From Paramecium tetraurelia (Eukaryota): 64,000 nucleotides of DNA. The position numbers and the translations under genes were made by a program. The stretch spans positions 1-64,000 of the forward strand of contig CT868207.1 of the NCBI GenBank assembly GCA_000165425.1, in the 5' to 3' direction. The notes beneath the pieces are model-generated. The model was not told where the DNA came from and searched no databases. It saw only the letters and a list, made by a program, of their open reading frames with translations. Positions 13,169 to 27,238 of the stretch are shown here, in pieces; the first letter of the stretch is position 1, and the number at the start of each line of letters is the position of its first letter.

Positions 13169-16100
13169 ATGTTTGAAAAACTTGGAACAAAATTTGAATG
13201 CTAAAAGTTATGAAAATATCCCTTTTAGGTGTAAAAGAGCTGTTTGTGACAAATGTTCTATTTATAAAGGAAGAGTATTTACTAAGATATTAAAACCATT
13301 GAATGGTTAAATTAGTTTGGAGTAACGAAGGAAAAAGCCAAAACACTAAATAACTTTTTCTATTTAAATTAGGAATATTTGTAAGCGCAATGCAAAATTT
13401 CTCAAAAGTGATAATTAGAAATAAGAAAGCTCAAAAATAATCTAAATATTGCCTTTGCTGAGATTCCTGGAGTTTTCCATTATTCATTGAGAGAGTTTAT
13501 ATATTATGCTCTCAAAGAGAATGAATATGAAACAATGAAGTAAGTCACTGGAGAGTTCTTGAGGCATTTTTTTAGAACTATAAAGAGATTGGGTTTTCAC
13601 AAGATTTAAGAATGTTGACTATTTTTTTACTCTGTTTTGGATCTGAATTTGCTGCCTTTTCATTACTCAATATTTTTTTCGCAGAAATGGTATCAGAGAA
13701 TCTATTACCTGCCAATATTATGTCCTATGATAATGGAGAAGATATTGATAGATTGCTGTAGGTTCTAAATTCTTCATTTAAAATGCCATAGCAAGGCAAG
13801 CCATTTATAACTAATTTTTTGAAGTCAAGATAATTAAATTTTAGAGTAAAATTCTATACAAAGTGATTAAAATGAAACTAGGCAACTTCAAATGTAAATA
13901 AATTAGCTTGAATAATCAAAATTCTTGATTAATGCTTAACGAAGCTAGAGGGAAGCCACAATTACATAGTTTATAGATAAATTCATAGACTTTTAGATGA
14001 AAGTAATATGAAATCTGAAAGCGATTAATATATTTAGGAAATAAAGAAGAATGCTGAATTATTATTTCTAATTAGTAGCATTTAAAATTAAGAAAAGGTT
14101 TGGAAATCAAAATTAAATGAATTGAATATAAGCTTAAATAAAAAGTGCTAATAAATAAGGAATTGAAAACTAAGGTAAATTCTGAAAATCCCACAATAAT
14201 AATAACAAAAGATGAAAATGAGAGTAGATATGAAAGACTAAGGGAATAATTTGTAGTTTGAATTGGAAGCTAAAAACAACTTTAACTAAAAAATTATTTT
14301 AATAAAGGAAGAATTTTCCATCAAATTAAATCAAGTGAAACTATGATCGATTTATTAGAAAAACAAATTTCAGATAAAATATATCTTAAACGATTTAATA
14401 ATAAAACTAATAAAAGGATGAGAGAATATAAGACTTTAGTGCATAGATAGAATAATTATTGTTAGAGTTATGAAAATCAACATCTTCATTAACTTAATTA
14501 TCAAACATGCATTAAAATCTTCAAGATAACTTCAGAGTTGAATTAGAACACTAAAAAAGAACGTATGATAGAATAATACAAGAAAAAGTGAAGTTAATAA
14601 CCACATGTGAGACTAAGATAAAGAATTAAATAGTTAAAAGGATTAATTAGATGATTAATTGACTGATAGTCTCAAAAAGTAAAGTGAATAAAGAGTGTTT
14701 TTAGAGATTTTTAGTTTTAAGTTGGTAATAAAGGAAAGGGATATGAAAATCCTAAGTAAAAAATTGATGAATAATAATTAATAATTTTATTATATAAAGA
14801 AAAGATTCACTAAGTGAAGGAATCAAAAGAAGCATAATAAAATGAAAAATCAATCCTTGGTACTGAATAGGAAAATCTATAAAATAATAATTAAAAATGA
14901 AAGAAGAATAAATACGCTCAAGAGAATAATAAGTAAACAGTCTTAATGAATAAAATTAGAAATTTAAATGAAAAGGTTTCTAACCTCAAGCAGTAATAAG
15001 CTTTTAATCCAATAACTGAAACATCTCTAAGATTAAATCAACTCTAAAGAAAGAGAATATAAGATAGAAATATAAAAGGTCATTTCTGAAAGAGATTTAA
15101 AGAAACAAAGGGTTATAGAGTTATAGAAGCAGAGGCTTAGATTTTAAAGTTGTATAAAGCAATAAAAGACTAAAAAATGAAGTTTCTAATTTAAACCAAG
15201 AACTACATCAATAATTCTTTATCTTGAAATAATTAAATAAGTAGATTAAAGATTACGAAATATAACAAAATTAGTCAAGAGAATCTAAGTTAGAGAATAA
15301 TAAATAACAATAATTAAGATGGGACAGATTATTAAAACTAAAATGTAAATATTAAATTGAAGCATAAAATTAAGAAATTAAATCATACACTGCTAGGTTA
15401 GAAGAATAATTAACTACTATAACTGAATTAAAGTATAAAGTGTATGAAGAGTAAGTAGAAGAGCTAAAGAAAAGTAGGCTAACAATAAAGTTCAATAAAT
15501 AAGTTAACTCGAAAAGTATAATTAAAGCAATAGATAATCATAGGATTTGTAAAATTAATACAATGATCTAAAAGAGAGATATGATGTTGAATTCAACAGT
15601 ATGTGATCTCTCTTAGATAAATAAATTGAATACAGCTCTTTATAATAATGATAAATGGAATAAAATTAAAGATAAGCTCTTTAGAAAGTAATTGTTGGAT
15701 TACAACGAAATTGCTGATTAACATTAAAATAAAAAAAAGGAACTTTAAAGTTTAACTGATTTACTAGATTCAAAATTATCAACTATTGTATCTTATGAAA
15801 CGAAAAGATTGATTTAACAAATTAACTAAAGGAATCAAATTAATAATTAAGACTTGTGGAAGATTAAAGTGATGATTATCAAAGTAGATATGAATTGGCT
15901 TACAAGAGTTAGATATCTATAAAGGAAAAGATAAAGAGATAAATTTGACGGCAGCCAACAGAATAGAATTGCGGGAATAAATTTATTCAGTTTAGAAGAA
16001 AATTAAAATCTTAGAGAGAGAACTTTACCTTTCTTAAAATACCTTATAATCAAAAGAGTCCGATATCTTATAACTATAGCATAACATTGAGAAAAAGGGC

Positions 16101-17270
16101 TAATAAATAATAACATTAGAAGGCACTATTGTAAAACTAAGGGCTGATTTAACTAATTTAAAAAAAGAGTTATGAATAATTGTAATTAAAGTTGACTGAA
16201 ATGAATTCAGAACAAACATCATCAATTGTTTTCTTAAGTCAAAAAATTAACTATTGATGATTTAAATAAGAACACTTAAATTTATTAATTAAAATTGTAA
16301 ATTAATGAACTCTTTTCAATTAAGATCAAGGTTAGATGATTTAGAAGGATAATTTAAATAATCTAAAATTATTATCAAACAGAGGGAATAATAAATTCAA
16401 TTATTGAAATCATTATTAGATAATTAAAAGTAACACCTATTAAAAAGAAAAGGAAAATACTAAAACAATAAGCCAGTAAGTAATAGTAATAATCAAGAAA
16501 ATATGAAAATTTCGGAATATTAATTCATTATTGAATAATTGACAGAGGAAATTGAAAAAATGAAAAGGAACCCACAAGGATTAGGTGAAGATTTAACCGA
16601 ATTACTTACTTAAATTACGAGTGTGTTCTTAAAAAAGATCAATTAACTATCTCTTCTGTTCTTGATTAAATTACACTATTTTAAAAGAAAATAAGAGTCT
16701 AACAATAAGAAAAGAAGATGGTGAATAGTTAATCTTATAGAAGCTTTAATAATATCGAGGAGACGATATCAACTTTAGATTCAGAATCGAATAAATCTTA
16801 ACAAGGATAACTTTATTGAACTAACAAATGCTTTAAATTATATAAGAAGCAAGAATATAAGGAAAAAAAAAGATTTAGATTAAAATATAGAGTTATGTAC
16901 TTCAAATTACTTTTAGATTCATAAGCTGTTAGTACGGTAATCCACTGTAACTATTCTAGAAATTTGAGGTAGAACTAAAATCATACTAAATAACACAAGT
17001 CCTTAAGGATAAATTATATATAAGTGAATTATTATTGAAAACTCCTTTATTTACTTAATAATAAATATAAAGATTTGCAGAACCAAAGGTATCAATAAAT
17101 CTTAGAAAATATTAGGATTAAGAAGATGCTAGACTAATATTGGAAGCTAGAAATCAATAAATCTGGTGGCTAAAAAATTTGATTAAAGAAAGCAAGTTCA
17201 GTTAGCCATGATGAATACTTACTTAAATAATTTCAAATAGTTAATGGTTAAATATCATTTAAAATGATAA
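13169..17270 (+). pseudogene. Disrupted TBC-like/coiled-coil gene related to the upstream gene
   Basis: KRLGFSQDLRMLTIFLLCFGSEFAAFSLL matches the upstream gene motif; many frameshifts and in-frame TGA (e.g. ~14164, ~14258) not explained by GT..AG introns; ends approximate. Confidence 0.7.
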
Positions 17271-17314
17271 CTTCTATATTTAAATAGAATAAGCAATAAA
17301 ATAAATAAAGTTTT

Positions 17315-17929
17315 TCAATGAAATAGTCTTGATTCTGTAAAATTGGTTTCAAAGTTATTAAACTTTTTCTCAGATATTCCTCTTGGCCTATATTAAGATT
17401 TGATCATATTCTCTTTATTTAAAGGTCTAGATAATCTATTGTTATTATTTATTTTTTATAATTCAGATAATTAGACATATAATTTTTATATTTCTTAATC
17501 TTTATATTAACTATCCATTTCATTTTTGTTTTAGTATCTTTATCTTAAAACTTATAATTACTACATGTAGTTATTGTTTGAATTGTTTTAAATAGCATAT
17601 TGGTTGATGTTTTAAATGTCATTTTGTTATGTTTCATTAATATTTGATTATAAATTGATGATAGTTTTACTTAATTTAATGTTAAGTTCTTATTGATCTA
17701 TCAATTTGAGTGTTGTACTCTATTTCTACTGTTCTGATTACTACAATTTCTAATTTAGTTGTAAGATTTCTTGTCTTAGGCTATTATTCTCTTCAATTAA
17801 TTTCTAATCAGTAGATTTTCTAATTATAAAATATATTTAGTACTAATCAAGTTCTTCATACAATGACCTTAACTCTGAACGTAACTAAACGTTCTCATTT
17901 TCTAATTCCAAGATTTTGTGAATATCCAT
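17315..17929 (-). CDS. Small coiled-coil hypothetical protein
   Basis: MDIHKILELENENVQLRSELRSLYEELD..., one mini-intron, ends SRLFH-TGA. Confidence 0.7.
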
Positions 17930-17990
17930 TTACTTAAAGAAATTATATGAAATTTATATTTCAGTTAATTGTATATAAATAAAGAAAATT

Positions 17991-20868
17991 TCATTTACTT
18001 TTTAATTTATTTTTGTAAATATTTTTAAAAACAGTGAGTAGTTTTATAATGTATTCCTTATCTCCTTTCAGTAGCTTTTCTTATTCTATAACTAATTCTA
18101 AAGGCATATCTAATTTTTCTTTCAAAACACTGAAAGCCTTCCTTATATTTACTAAGCAACCTGCATTAGTATTTGGTTTTTATTATATTCCTTTAAATTA
18201 AATATTTTCAAGCCTTTATACTATAGTGCAAATAATAATACTATTGCTTTATTTATAATTATTACCCATCTTTGAATTCTTCCAAAACCTCATTATTCCA
18301 ATTTATCTTAAACCCAAAGTTATTGAGCCATTCAAATTATGGAGGGTCATCGAAAATCAACTTTTTGTTAACTTATTATGGTTAAACAAAGCTGCTTTCC
18401 TTTTATATGAGAGAATAAGGTTCTTATTAAATTATTTGCTCAACTTTTTAATTTCCTTTACTTTAAAAAATTGATTTTTTTAAGTAAGGGCCATCTTCAA
18501 AATAAGAGTCTCCTTACCTTTGAGGCAGCCCATCAAAGTACCTCCTTAAATCTTCAAATAACCCCAGAATTATAAGTTAATCTCCTTCGTAAATTAATTT
18601 TTCAGACCAAACAAATCTTTATCCAATTTATTTTCCTTTTAAGTAATCCAAAGCCTTTCTAATATTAGCAATGCACTATTTCTCTCCAATAGGTTTTGTA
18701 TAGATGGGAGTGATTTTCTATTAAAATATTTCAGTTTCAATTTGACATAGTAGGATTCCAGTTTAGCATTAATAGATTAGGTCATTAAAATTCTGTATTG
18801 TAGATGTATATTCTCTAGCAAAATGCAGAGTTACAATTTTCAATTAATCAATCTCTTCTTATCTGTAAGGAAGTGTAAACTAATTAATATTTGGCTCAAT
18901 CTTTTTGGTTTATTATTTTAATAACCACCAATATAAACCCATAGCAGATTTATCTAGTTACATAATGCTTGATTTATCGATTTTTCCAATCCAAGCAGGT
19001 AAATTTCCTGCATCCGCTATTGCTTTTGTAGCTTGTAATGCTGAATCAACATTAAATTCAACTTCTAAAATCGACTTAAAGTTGTTTTTTGTGACTGGCT
19101 ATTCTATTAATTGTATAATATAATTTCCATTTCGAATTGGATCTGTAAACAAACTAAATATAATTCTTTATTTACTTTTCATTATTATACAATCCTTTCT
19201 GTTTAAAATACGTTTGAACATACAATTCCATTTCTCGAGTTACACAATTTTTGCTTATTGATGTAGACCTTGCTTTTTATTACTATTTTGAGCTACTGAA
19301 ATTTCTTGAATGTTGTAAAGATTGATTGACAGGGGTGCCATTCTAAGATCCAATTTAAGATTTTTTCATTAGTGAATTCAAAGATCTGTTAACACTATCA
19401 TACTCTTATTTCATATTGTGAATTCTTGAATAGGGTCCCACAGGCGATCTATTTGCAGTGCTTGGTTTTACAGATTTTGATTATTATGGCTGATCAATTG
19501 TTATTTCTAATTATGTGTCTGCGAAGGATTGTTTATGTAATTACTTCTTTTAAGAACGTGTTATTTGTGATTGTAATTTAGATTAAGAATTCTATTAAAA
19601 TAATTGTGTATTTTGTTAAACTTATTATTATTGTTGGGTTTATCTTAAAGAAGCATCAACTGATTATGAACAATTAGTAATTGCAGCATTTCCACAATTT
19701 GTATAATAAACTTTAATGTCATGCATCAAACCCCAAAAGGCTCCTTCATCTCCGTCAACCAATTATTATTCCGAACTTAAATATTTGTAACTCATTTTTT
19801 CAAGTTACTTTAGATATTCGAGTACTCTTCTATAATTGTGCTTGATTTCTCTTAAGCTTTTTGGGTTTCTTAAAGCTCCTTTTAAAACTTCATCTCTACC
19901 AGTAAGTCTATTAATTAAATCAAAAAAAATAACTCCATTTTTACAAATTTTGGGCAGTTTATATTCCAACCCTTATGCATTTGATTTAATTAATCGAATT
20001 TATTTTAGCCATTCAATTAATTATTATTTTTATTCGTTAGTGATAGAATTTTATTGCTATTATTGTTGATTAAAATTTTAATCCTAATTTAACTCGTCAT
20101 GTTAACTTTTGCTTTCTTAACTATGCTTTGATTTACATTCCCTGTTATTTTTTTATTAGAGATTTTATTATTCTTTTGCAATTTGATTCTCTAAAACTTA
20201 TAGTTCATACTTTAATTTCTAATTGTAAGAATCTTTATTAGATTTAATTGGTGTCAGATTACTAATTGAATCATTAGATTAATTTTATGGTTTTGATCGA
20301 TTCGAGTTTTCAGCATATTCAGTTTAATGTGTTTGCGATCTTTATTGATTGTTATTAGTCTCTTAATAAGGGCTATTCGGTTTAATCATTTTGTATTTAT
20401 TTGCAATTAATTCTTCATTATATGTCATCTAGATTGATTGATTGGGTTAAACTAAGTTTTCATCAACATAAAATAATGGCTCGTCTTATTTTTGAGGTGC
20501 TTTAGGAGGTTTTGATGAAGCTGATGATACAGATTTTGATCTATAAAATTATTATAGTATCTAAAATATCTTTAATGGATTTTGGTATAGCATTTATCCA
20601 GTTAAATGCTTCACTTATACCTATTGGCTTTCCTCTAACAAAGCCAATGCAAATGTTAAATTCCTTATACAACTTTAATAGTCTTGTTTTGTGCATTTTA
20701 TTACTCTTATCTTTAGTTCACATTATCTTTTGTCTTAAAATAATTCTTTCGATATTATCTAACATAATGCAACACCTTTGATTTTTATCAAAAGTTACCT
20801 GTTTTTAGATCATCAATACTCTTTGTGTTTTCAAAAGTATTAGCCCAGTCTATTATTTCTTATTCCAT
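17991..20868 (-). CDS. Protein with four calponin-homology (CH) domains
   Basis: MEQEIIDWANTF..DDLKTGVALCQII; IIEWLK..CKNGVIFFDLINRL..NYRRVLEYL; CQTGILLCQI..CIANIRKALDYL; FEWLN..EEFKDG..CLVNIRKAFSVL. Confidence 0.8.
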
Positions 20869-20904
20869 TCAAATTTAATATAACAGTTAATAATAATTTA
20901 TTTA

Positions 20905-23336
20905 TCATTTTGATATTTGCAATTTATTATATTAATCCTCTAACTATGCCAAGAGTCTTTCGAAATCGTTAACTCTGAATGAAGTAAAAAATCTGGATTT
21001 AGTTGTAATTATTGGAACTCCTCTAGGATTTTATTATCTCTCTTGATCCAACACTTTAAGATTCATTTTAGTTGCTATTTGATTAAACAATTCAAATACT
21101 TTCTAATTTTTAAGTATACTTTGAATAATATGCTCTTTCCAATTCGTCAAGTTGAATTGACTACCTTTTTTACTGTTACTATTGATTTGCTTGATGACTG
21201 GGATTTATTTAATATTATGATACATTTTCTTAAACTAATTAAACCTATACATGTAATGGACCCTATGACTTATTTTATTGAATCTACTATTATTATGATA
21301 TTAATTATTATTGTTGTATTTATTACTATTAATAATTTAATTGCTATTCTGATCCCTTTTATTCAAATCGTCTAGAAGGAGATTTATTATTGATATAAGC
21401 TTTTGGACTTTAAGGGATATCTTCATTGCCATCAAACTCTTGATCATCCATTGTGTTCCCTGCATTCCAACAATTCTTTACTTTTGATTTAACAGTTTTA
21501 GGATCTACTTTTGGATTTTTCAATGGAATCTATTTAGATTTTCTTTTTAAGAAATTCTTTGGTTTTTGATCAGAAGCATCATCTTTAGGAGAGCATTCTC
21601 CAATTTATTCAACCGATGGTCCTTACTTTTCAGGAGTTGCACTTAAATTAAGTTTGCTAGTTTTTGGTGATTGTTATCTTTCTTAAAGATTTTGTTATGA
21701 TAAAACCTGCTTTTTTTAAGGAATTTATTGTTATTGTTATGGTTAAACTTCTTATTATTCTTCAACTTCTTCAACATCAACTTTTTCAAGTTGTTATTAT
21801 TCTTCCTATTTCTTCTTTGCTTCCTGAATTGCTTTTCTCGGATCATATTTTGTTCTTTTTTTAAGATTTTCTAAGAGTTTAGGATCTTTCTTTTTTGGTT
21901 TAGGTTTTTCTTAATCATTAAAATCATCATTCTACATCTTTCCTAAGGGGGGTTCATTTTCATTTTAATTGTCATAAAGATTTTATTATCTATCCTCAAC
22001 TTACTTGTTCTCCTTTTTTTATTCAGCTTTTTTTCTAGGAGGTTATTTCTATTTCTTTGGAGGAGCATCTTCTTCAAAATTACCATATGTCCCCTTTCCA
22101 CTAATAGGTATTTCATCAGCAGGTATATCATACTATCCCTTTCCACCTAATGGTCTTTCATCTTCAAATTATTGATATTTTCCTTTGCTTGCAATTGGTC
22201 TGTCATTATCTAAATATTATTCTTGTTCGAATTAATATGTATCTTTGCCTTTTTTTATAGGTCTCTCATCCTCATATTAATTATATGCGCCTTTATTTTT
22301 AGGTGCAACAGGTCTATCATCTTCATAATATGCGTTTGCTTTTTTTGTTGCAATAGGCCTTTCATCCTCATAATTATTATAAGCATTATTATTTTTTGCA
22401 TTTATTGGCCTATCATCTTCATAATTATTATAAGTATTAGCATTTTTGGCGTTTATTGGCCTTTCATCGTCAAAATTATTATAAGTATTTGTATTTTTTG
22501 CATTTATTGGTCTTTCATCCTCTATATAATTATATTGACCCTTTCCACAAATTGGTCTATCATCATCATATGAATTTTTTTCAGGTGTATACCTTTCTTG
22601 CATTGCAAAATTTGCTTAATTTTTCGATTTAATAGGTCTTTCATCTTATTAATACTCTATTCTTTATGATTGTTGGTATTATCCTGATAAATTAGAGTTG
22701 GAATGACTTTAATCACGAATTTAAGAATTCTATTACATATATTCTTAATAATATGGTTATGGCTATTCAGAATATTCATTTTGAATTAGTTAATCATAAT
22801 ATTGTTGTTCAACTTTGTTTGCTTAAAGGGGTTATTTAGAGGGTTTCTTGTAATAATTTTATTAGAATTTTTAGTCTTAACTAACAAATTCATTATCCAA
22901 ATATTGATTAGGAACAAATTATCTTTAAGAACTTTTAACTCTTTTAAGTTTTTTGTAGAATTAACCATTCTGTAAATAGTTTTCAATCATTCTTATTAAT
23001 CTTATCTTTTTTTGTCTTATTTATGGATTTCCATATGCTTAATATAATTCTTGAGATATATACTTCCATCATCAGTTTCGATAATATTTTATCTCAACTT
23101 AGCCACATCAGGGACTTTCAGAATTTATCTTGTCCTATATCCTAATAAAATAGAATTGATAACAAACCTTGAATGAATCCATTTAAAATAGCTTTGAATC
23201 TTCTGATATGCATCATGATGATTTTGTGCCTCTATCTCTAAATGTACCCCTTCACATTCTTTTAAATTAATGTAGCACAAAAGTTAAGGAATCTAACTAT
23301 CATTTCCTGATTCTTTTATGAGTCTTATCGTTACAT
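20905..23336 (-). CDS. IQ-motif protein with DERPI tandem repeats and low-complexity Q/N regions
   Basis: ATLIQKNVKGYIQRQR and FIQGYRTRQ IQ-like motifs at N-terminus; ~11 D[ED]RP[IVL] repeats; ends LQISK-TGA. Confidence 0.75.
22100..22650 (-). repeat. Coding repeat of ~14-16 aa (48-bp core period), consensus YNNYEDERPINAKNAN
   Basis: DDRPICGK, DERPINAK x2, DDRPINAK, DERPIATK, DDRPVAPK, DERPIKK, NDRPIASK, DERPLGGK. Confidence 0.85.
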
Positions 23337-23376
23337 TATAATTTTTAATAAAATTTGATTTAATAAAATGCTACAA

Positions 23377-24538
23377 TCATTCACTTGCTTCAATTATGTT
23401 AATTTAAGTAGTTCCAAAATTACTCAATTTCAAATCCAATCCCACTTGATCTAGAGTCTTTTAAGCCTTCTACCTAGCAGAAAGAATTCTTCTATCTATT
23501 TCACTAAAATCGACAGGATCACTTGACAAGATATGTGACCTAGATACTGAGCCTTAGGTGCGGAAAGAATGAAATTATGATTCCAGCATTTCTATGATAA
23601 TCATATCTTAGTACCTCCCTGTTTCCCTATAGGATTCAAAAAAGTGGCAAAGCTATCCTGTTATGGATGGAGAACTTGCAAAAGACTTTGATAATTTGGT
23701 CTGCCTTCATTATGTAATTTGAGCATTGCCTGAATGATGGATTTAAAGAAATCACTATACTAGTATCTTGAACAATATTTATCTATTAGTCGATTTACGT
23801 AATCTCTTTTAAACAACAATTTTTCTTGATTGTAAAATTCAACACATCTTTAACCGCTTATAAGACTCACCATCATAAGACCGAGACAAAAGACATTTAC
23901 CAATTCTTAATTGTTGATATCGTATTTATCTTTTTCAGCTAAGAGAATCAACTATTCAGGAGCTACATATTCTAAATCTCTTTAGCCAAAGAGAACCTAA
24001 TAGTAGTTGCTCAGTTTTGGGTTTTCGAGAAATTAATCATAGTATTTAATCTATCTTTTATCATCAATTAGGATTCTATGTGGATAAACATCGATTATTT
24101 CGTTATTGAGGGTTTTCATATAATGGCAGAGATTAGAAATCTCATATAGAATGTAGCATAGTTCTTATTCTGAATATATAGTCTTATGGACCTTTCTTAT
24201 ATGAATGTCATTTTATAAGGTTTCATTCAAGTACTCTGAGGTTATTGATAAGATAGTAAATGAACTGCAAAAGTCATCCATCTTTCCACTATCAAATGAT
24301 AATATTTTAATCAAGCATTTATGATTTAATTGCAATCTGACTTTAGTTCAACATAATACCTTTTTACTAAACTGGCTTTTATTGCTTAAGCTAAAGAATC
24401 ACTTGAGTAAACTTATTTAATTTCTGCAAATATCATGTTGTTGGCTTTATTTTTATATATAGTTATTTCTCCATAATTAGGATCCAGTTTCTTTTCTAGA
24501 AACTCATTTTAAGATTCACTTAATTATTAATTACCCAT
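23377..24538 (-). CDS. Kinase-like protein (probable pseudokinase) with MGN N-terminus
   Basis: NHKCLIKIL, IIDVYPHRILID (no HRD), YVAPE, VFCLGLMMV, MLKLHNEGRPNY. Confidence 0.75.
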
Positions 24539-24589
24539 TTTATTTATTTTATTATTAAATTAAATTTATTTTTTTCTGCAATTATACTA

Positions 24590-25702
24590 ATGTAGGAAGT
24601 CATATTGACTAATGATGCCAAAGCTAAAGTACTCCATGACTATTTATCTCAAACTTATGTTCCATAACTCAGTGATCATCTTTTTAAGACAGATGAATAC
24701 CTAAAGTAGGAATCAGAAGATTTTGAAAAGTGATGTTATTTTCTATCTTAGGATCATTAATTAAAGTGACGAATTAACAGAAGAGCTAGTTGAAAAAAAA
24801 ACAATTATTAGTCGAACTGTTAAATAGTTAATCGATAAAATTTAATCTGAATAAGTAAATCTTACTTTTTAACATCAAGGAAAAACTCAAAAAAAGTGAA
24901 ACCTATAAAAAAGGTAAGAAAGATGAATTGGCTGCTATTCAAAAGGCTATAGATTCAATTTCAAGTGCAATGAAAGAAACTTGTTCAAAAGTAATTCTTA
25001 TATAACCTTAAACAGATTGATTCTAAGGAACTTAATAAGATAGGCTAATTGCCTCAAGGAATGGATTAATTTATGTCAAAATTGTTCCATATCATCTACA
25101 ATGAAGATCAAGGTAAATTCAACTGGGCTGATTTCAAAAAGAAAGTGTAATATTCATTACTTAAATTTCAGGTTTGATTAAGACAAAGGCGCTGACTTTT
25201 AAAGTAGATTAGCTAACTTTTAATTTAAGGGTGTAAGTTAAGAGAAAGAAAACTTATTACTTGAGATGAAGGCCGATCCACAATTCTAAAAAGTGTTTTA
25301 AGATCCCTAATACACAAAAGCATTCTTAGATATTGCTGATTGGGTATTTATAAAGACAATTAAAATAGATTCACTTTGCAGTGTCAGGTATTGAAAATTA
25401 AAAAAAGAAGGACTAATCAGCAGTTGAATTTGAAAGGATTGATAAGGAATTTGCAGGAAGAAAGGTTGAATTAGAAAGTTATTAAAGAACTCATGTATTT
25501 ATTGAATAAAATTTAATAGGACTTTTGGGTTTCATAGCTGAAATATGTTGAGGATCAACAAGTGTTATTGCATCAATTGTAACCGAATATCAAGCAAGTA
25601 GCTCAAGAAATTTAAGGCAGTAAAGTGTTATTAGAATAACATATTGGAAAATTCATATAAGGAGCTGAGAAAGTCAATGAGTTAATGATTCCAAACATTT
25701 GA
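24590..25702 (+). CDS. ~330-aa coiled-coil protein with a segment resembling the dynein heavy-chain stalk/MTBD
   Basis: Spliced ORF; IDSKELNKIGQLPQGMDQFMSKLFHII..NWADFKKKV..DFQSRLANFQF..DPQF..KAFLDIADWIHFAV flanked by heptads; family assignment by eye. Confidence 0.6.
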
Positions 25703-25756
25703 TAGTAGAGATAAAATAATCATTTATAAGTCATAATTTTCACGAAAACAATGTTC

Positions 25757-26589
25757 TCATTTATCTGTTTTGGGTGACAATTTTAATTTATTCCAATATC
25801 TACCATATTTTGATTTATGCAAATCTGACATCGTTTATCTTAATCTTTCTTTCTACAAATTTTGATACTCCAGTAAACTTAATTCTGCTTAATGTTACTA
25901 TCTTATTTCTTAAAGAGATTCAACTCTAGTTTCTTGGCCAGCATCCATTCTTTATAGCAATTACTTCATAAAATCTTCTCCTTTTTTATCATCCTTTTTA
26001 TATTAAGGGATTAATTTAGCTTTTTCATTGAATTTTTCATACTTAGTAATCATTCTCTCGATCTTTCCTTCCTAAAATAACATGAAATTCACTTTTTTAG
26101 TTAATCCTTCTTCAAATTTATGTCCTAACATTTAAATTATTTTCGTACTTGATTATCTGGATGAGATATTTTCGCTGTAATTTGCATATTTGTTTTTCAT
26201 ATATTACTTTTACTTGAAATCTAACTAAGGCAACACTGCTTAGGATTGAATATCTCTATTTCCGTAGTGATATATTCTTTATCCAACTTTTTACATCTCC
26301 TTTTAAACAAATAAAGGTTGTTTCTAAAATTTGGTTTCAAGAAATTCTATGATTTATTCTGGAGACTTCAATCTATTTTGTATTAATGAAGCATAACTAT
26401 TAAGTTAATCTTGGGCTTTAAGTTCTTTATCAAAAAAATGAGCTAAACTATCTATCAATTCATTATAATTGCTTTACCTTAACTATCTTTGACTAAAGCT
26501 GGTTTTTAGGGTAGCCTGTTTTATTCTCTAAGTTATTCCTAAAGTTCCCTTCCCTTTTATGTCACAGTAATTCTTTAAGATAATGACAT
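25757..26589 (-). CDS. Hypothetical basic protein
   Basis: MSLSQRITVTQKGRELQEQLRE... to ...YWNKLKLSPKTDK-TGA. Confidence 0.7.
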
Positions 26590-27238
26590 TATTTATTTTT
26601 ACACTTAATATATTTAACAATACATTATTCGTATTTTGGAAATTTATATAATCAATCTTTATTGAGTAAATTCAGAATTCCATTTTGCAATCACAATTAA
26701 CTTCATTGAGAATGTTAGAAAAACGTAGGAGCATTGAAAATATTCCTTTATAAATTCTTTCCAATTTAATATTCTTACTGGAATAATATATTTAAATTGA
26801 ATTGTTCTTAATTTGAAGAGATTTGTATCGTTTTATTTCACCTATGATAACTAAGAATTTTAGTTCTTCTGTTAAGCACTATTTAAATTAATATGCAAAA
26901 TTACTAGGCAGATTACAATAATAAATTGCTATTAATAAATTTCTCCCTATTAAATAAAAAAGATCTAATTATGGCTCTGGTTTTGAAATAAAAATATTGA
27001 CAATTCTTTTACATTTATTTAAGTCAAAACATTAATATAATTCTTCCATCATGGAAAATATAAGATTAAAGACATATATTAATTAATAATAATTATAATT
27101 CCAATTCACAAAACCTTTTATATAAAATTCGCGCATTTTACATAAGGTTAATCTGTTTATCTAACTAAGTTTCATGATTATTGATATAATGGGTGTCATA
27201 TTGAAATTGAATTGTATAATTTGATGTTAATTTATATT

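Noticed and set aside
18905..22573. Hydrophobic + strand ORFs from the ORF track (e.g. 21043-21375, 22223-22573)
   Set aside because: Antisense shadows of the minus-strand CH and IQ/DERPI genes
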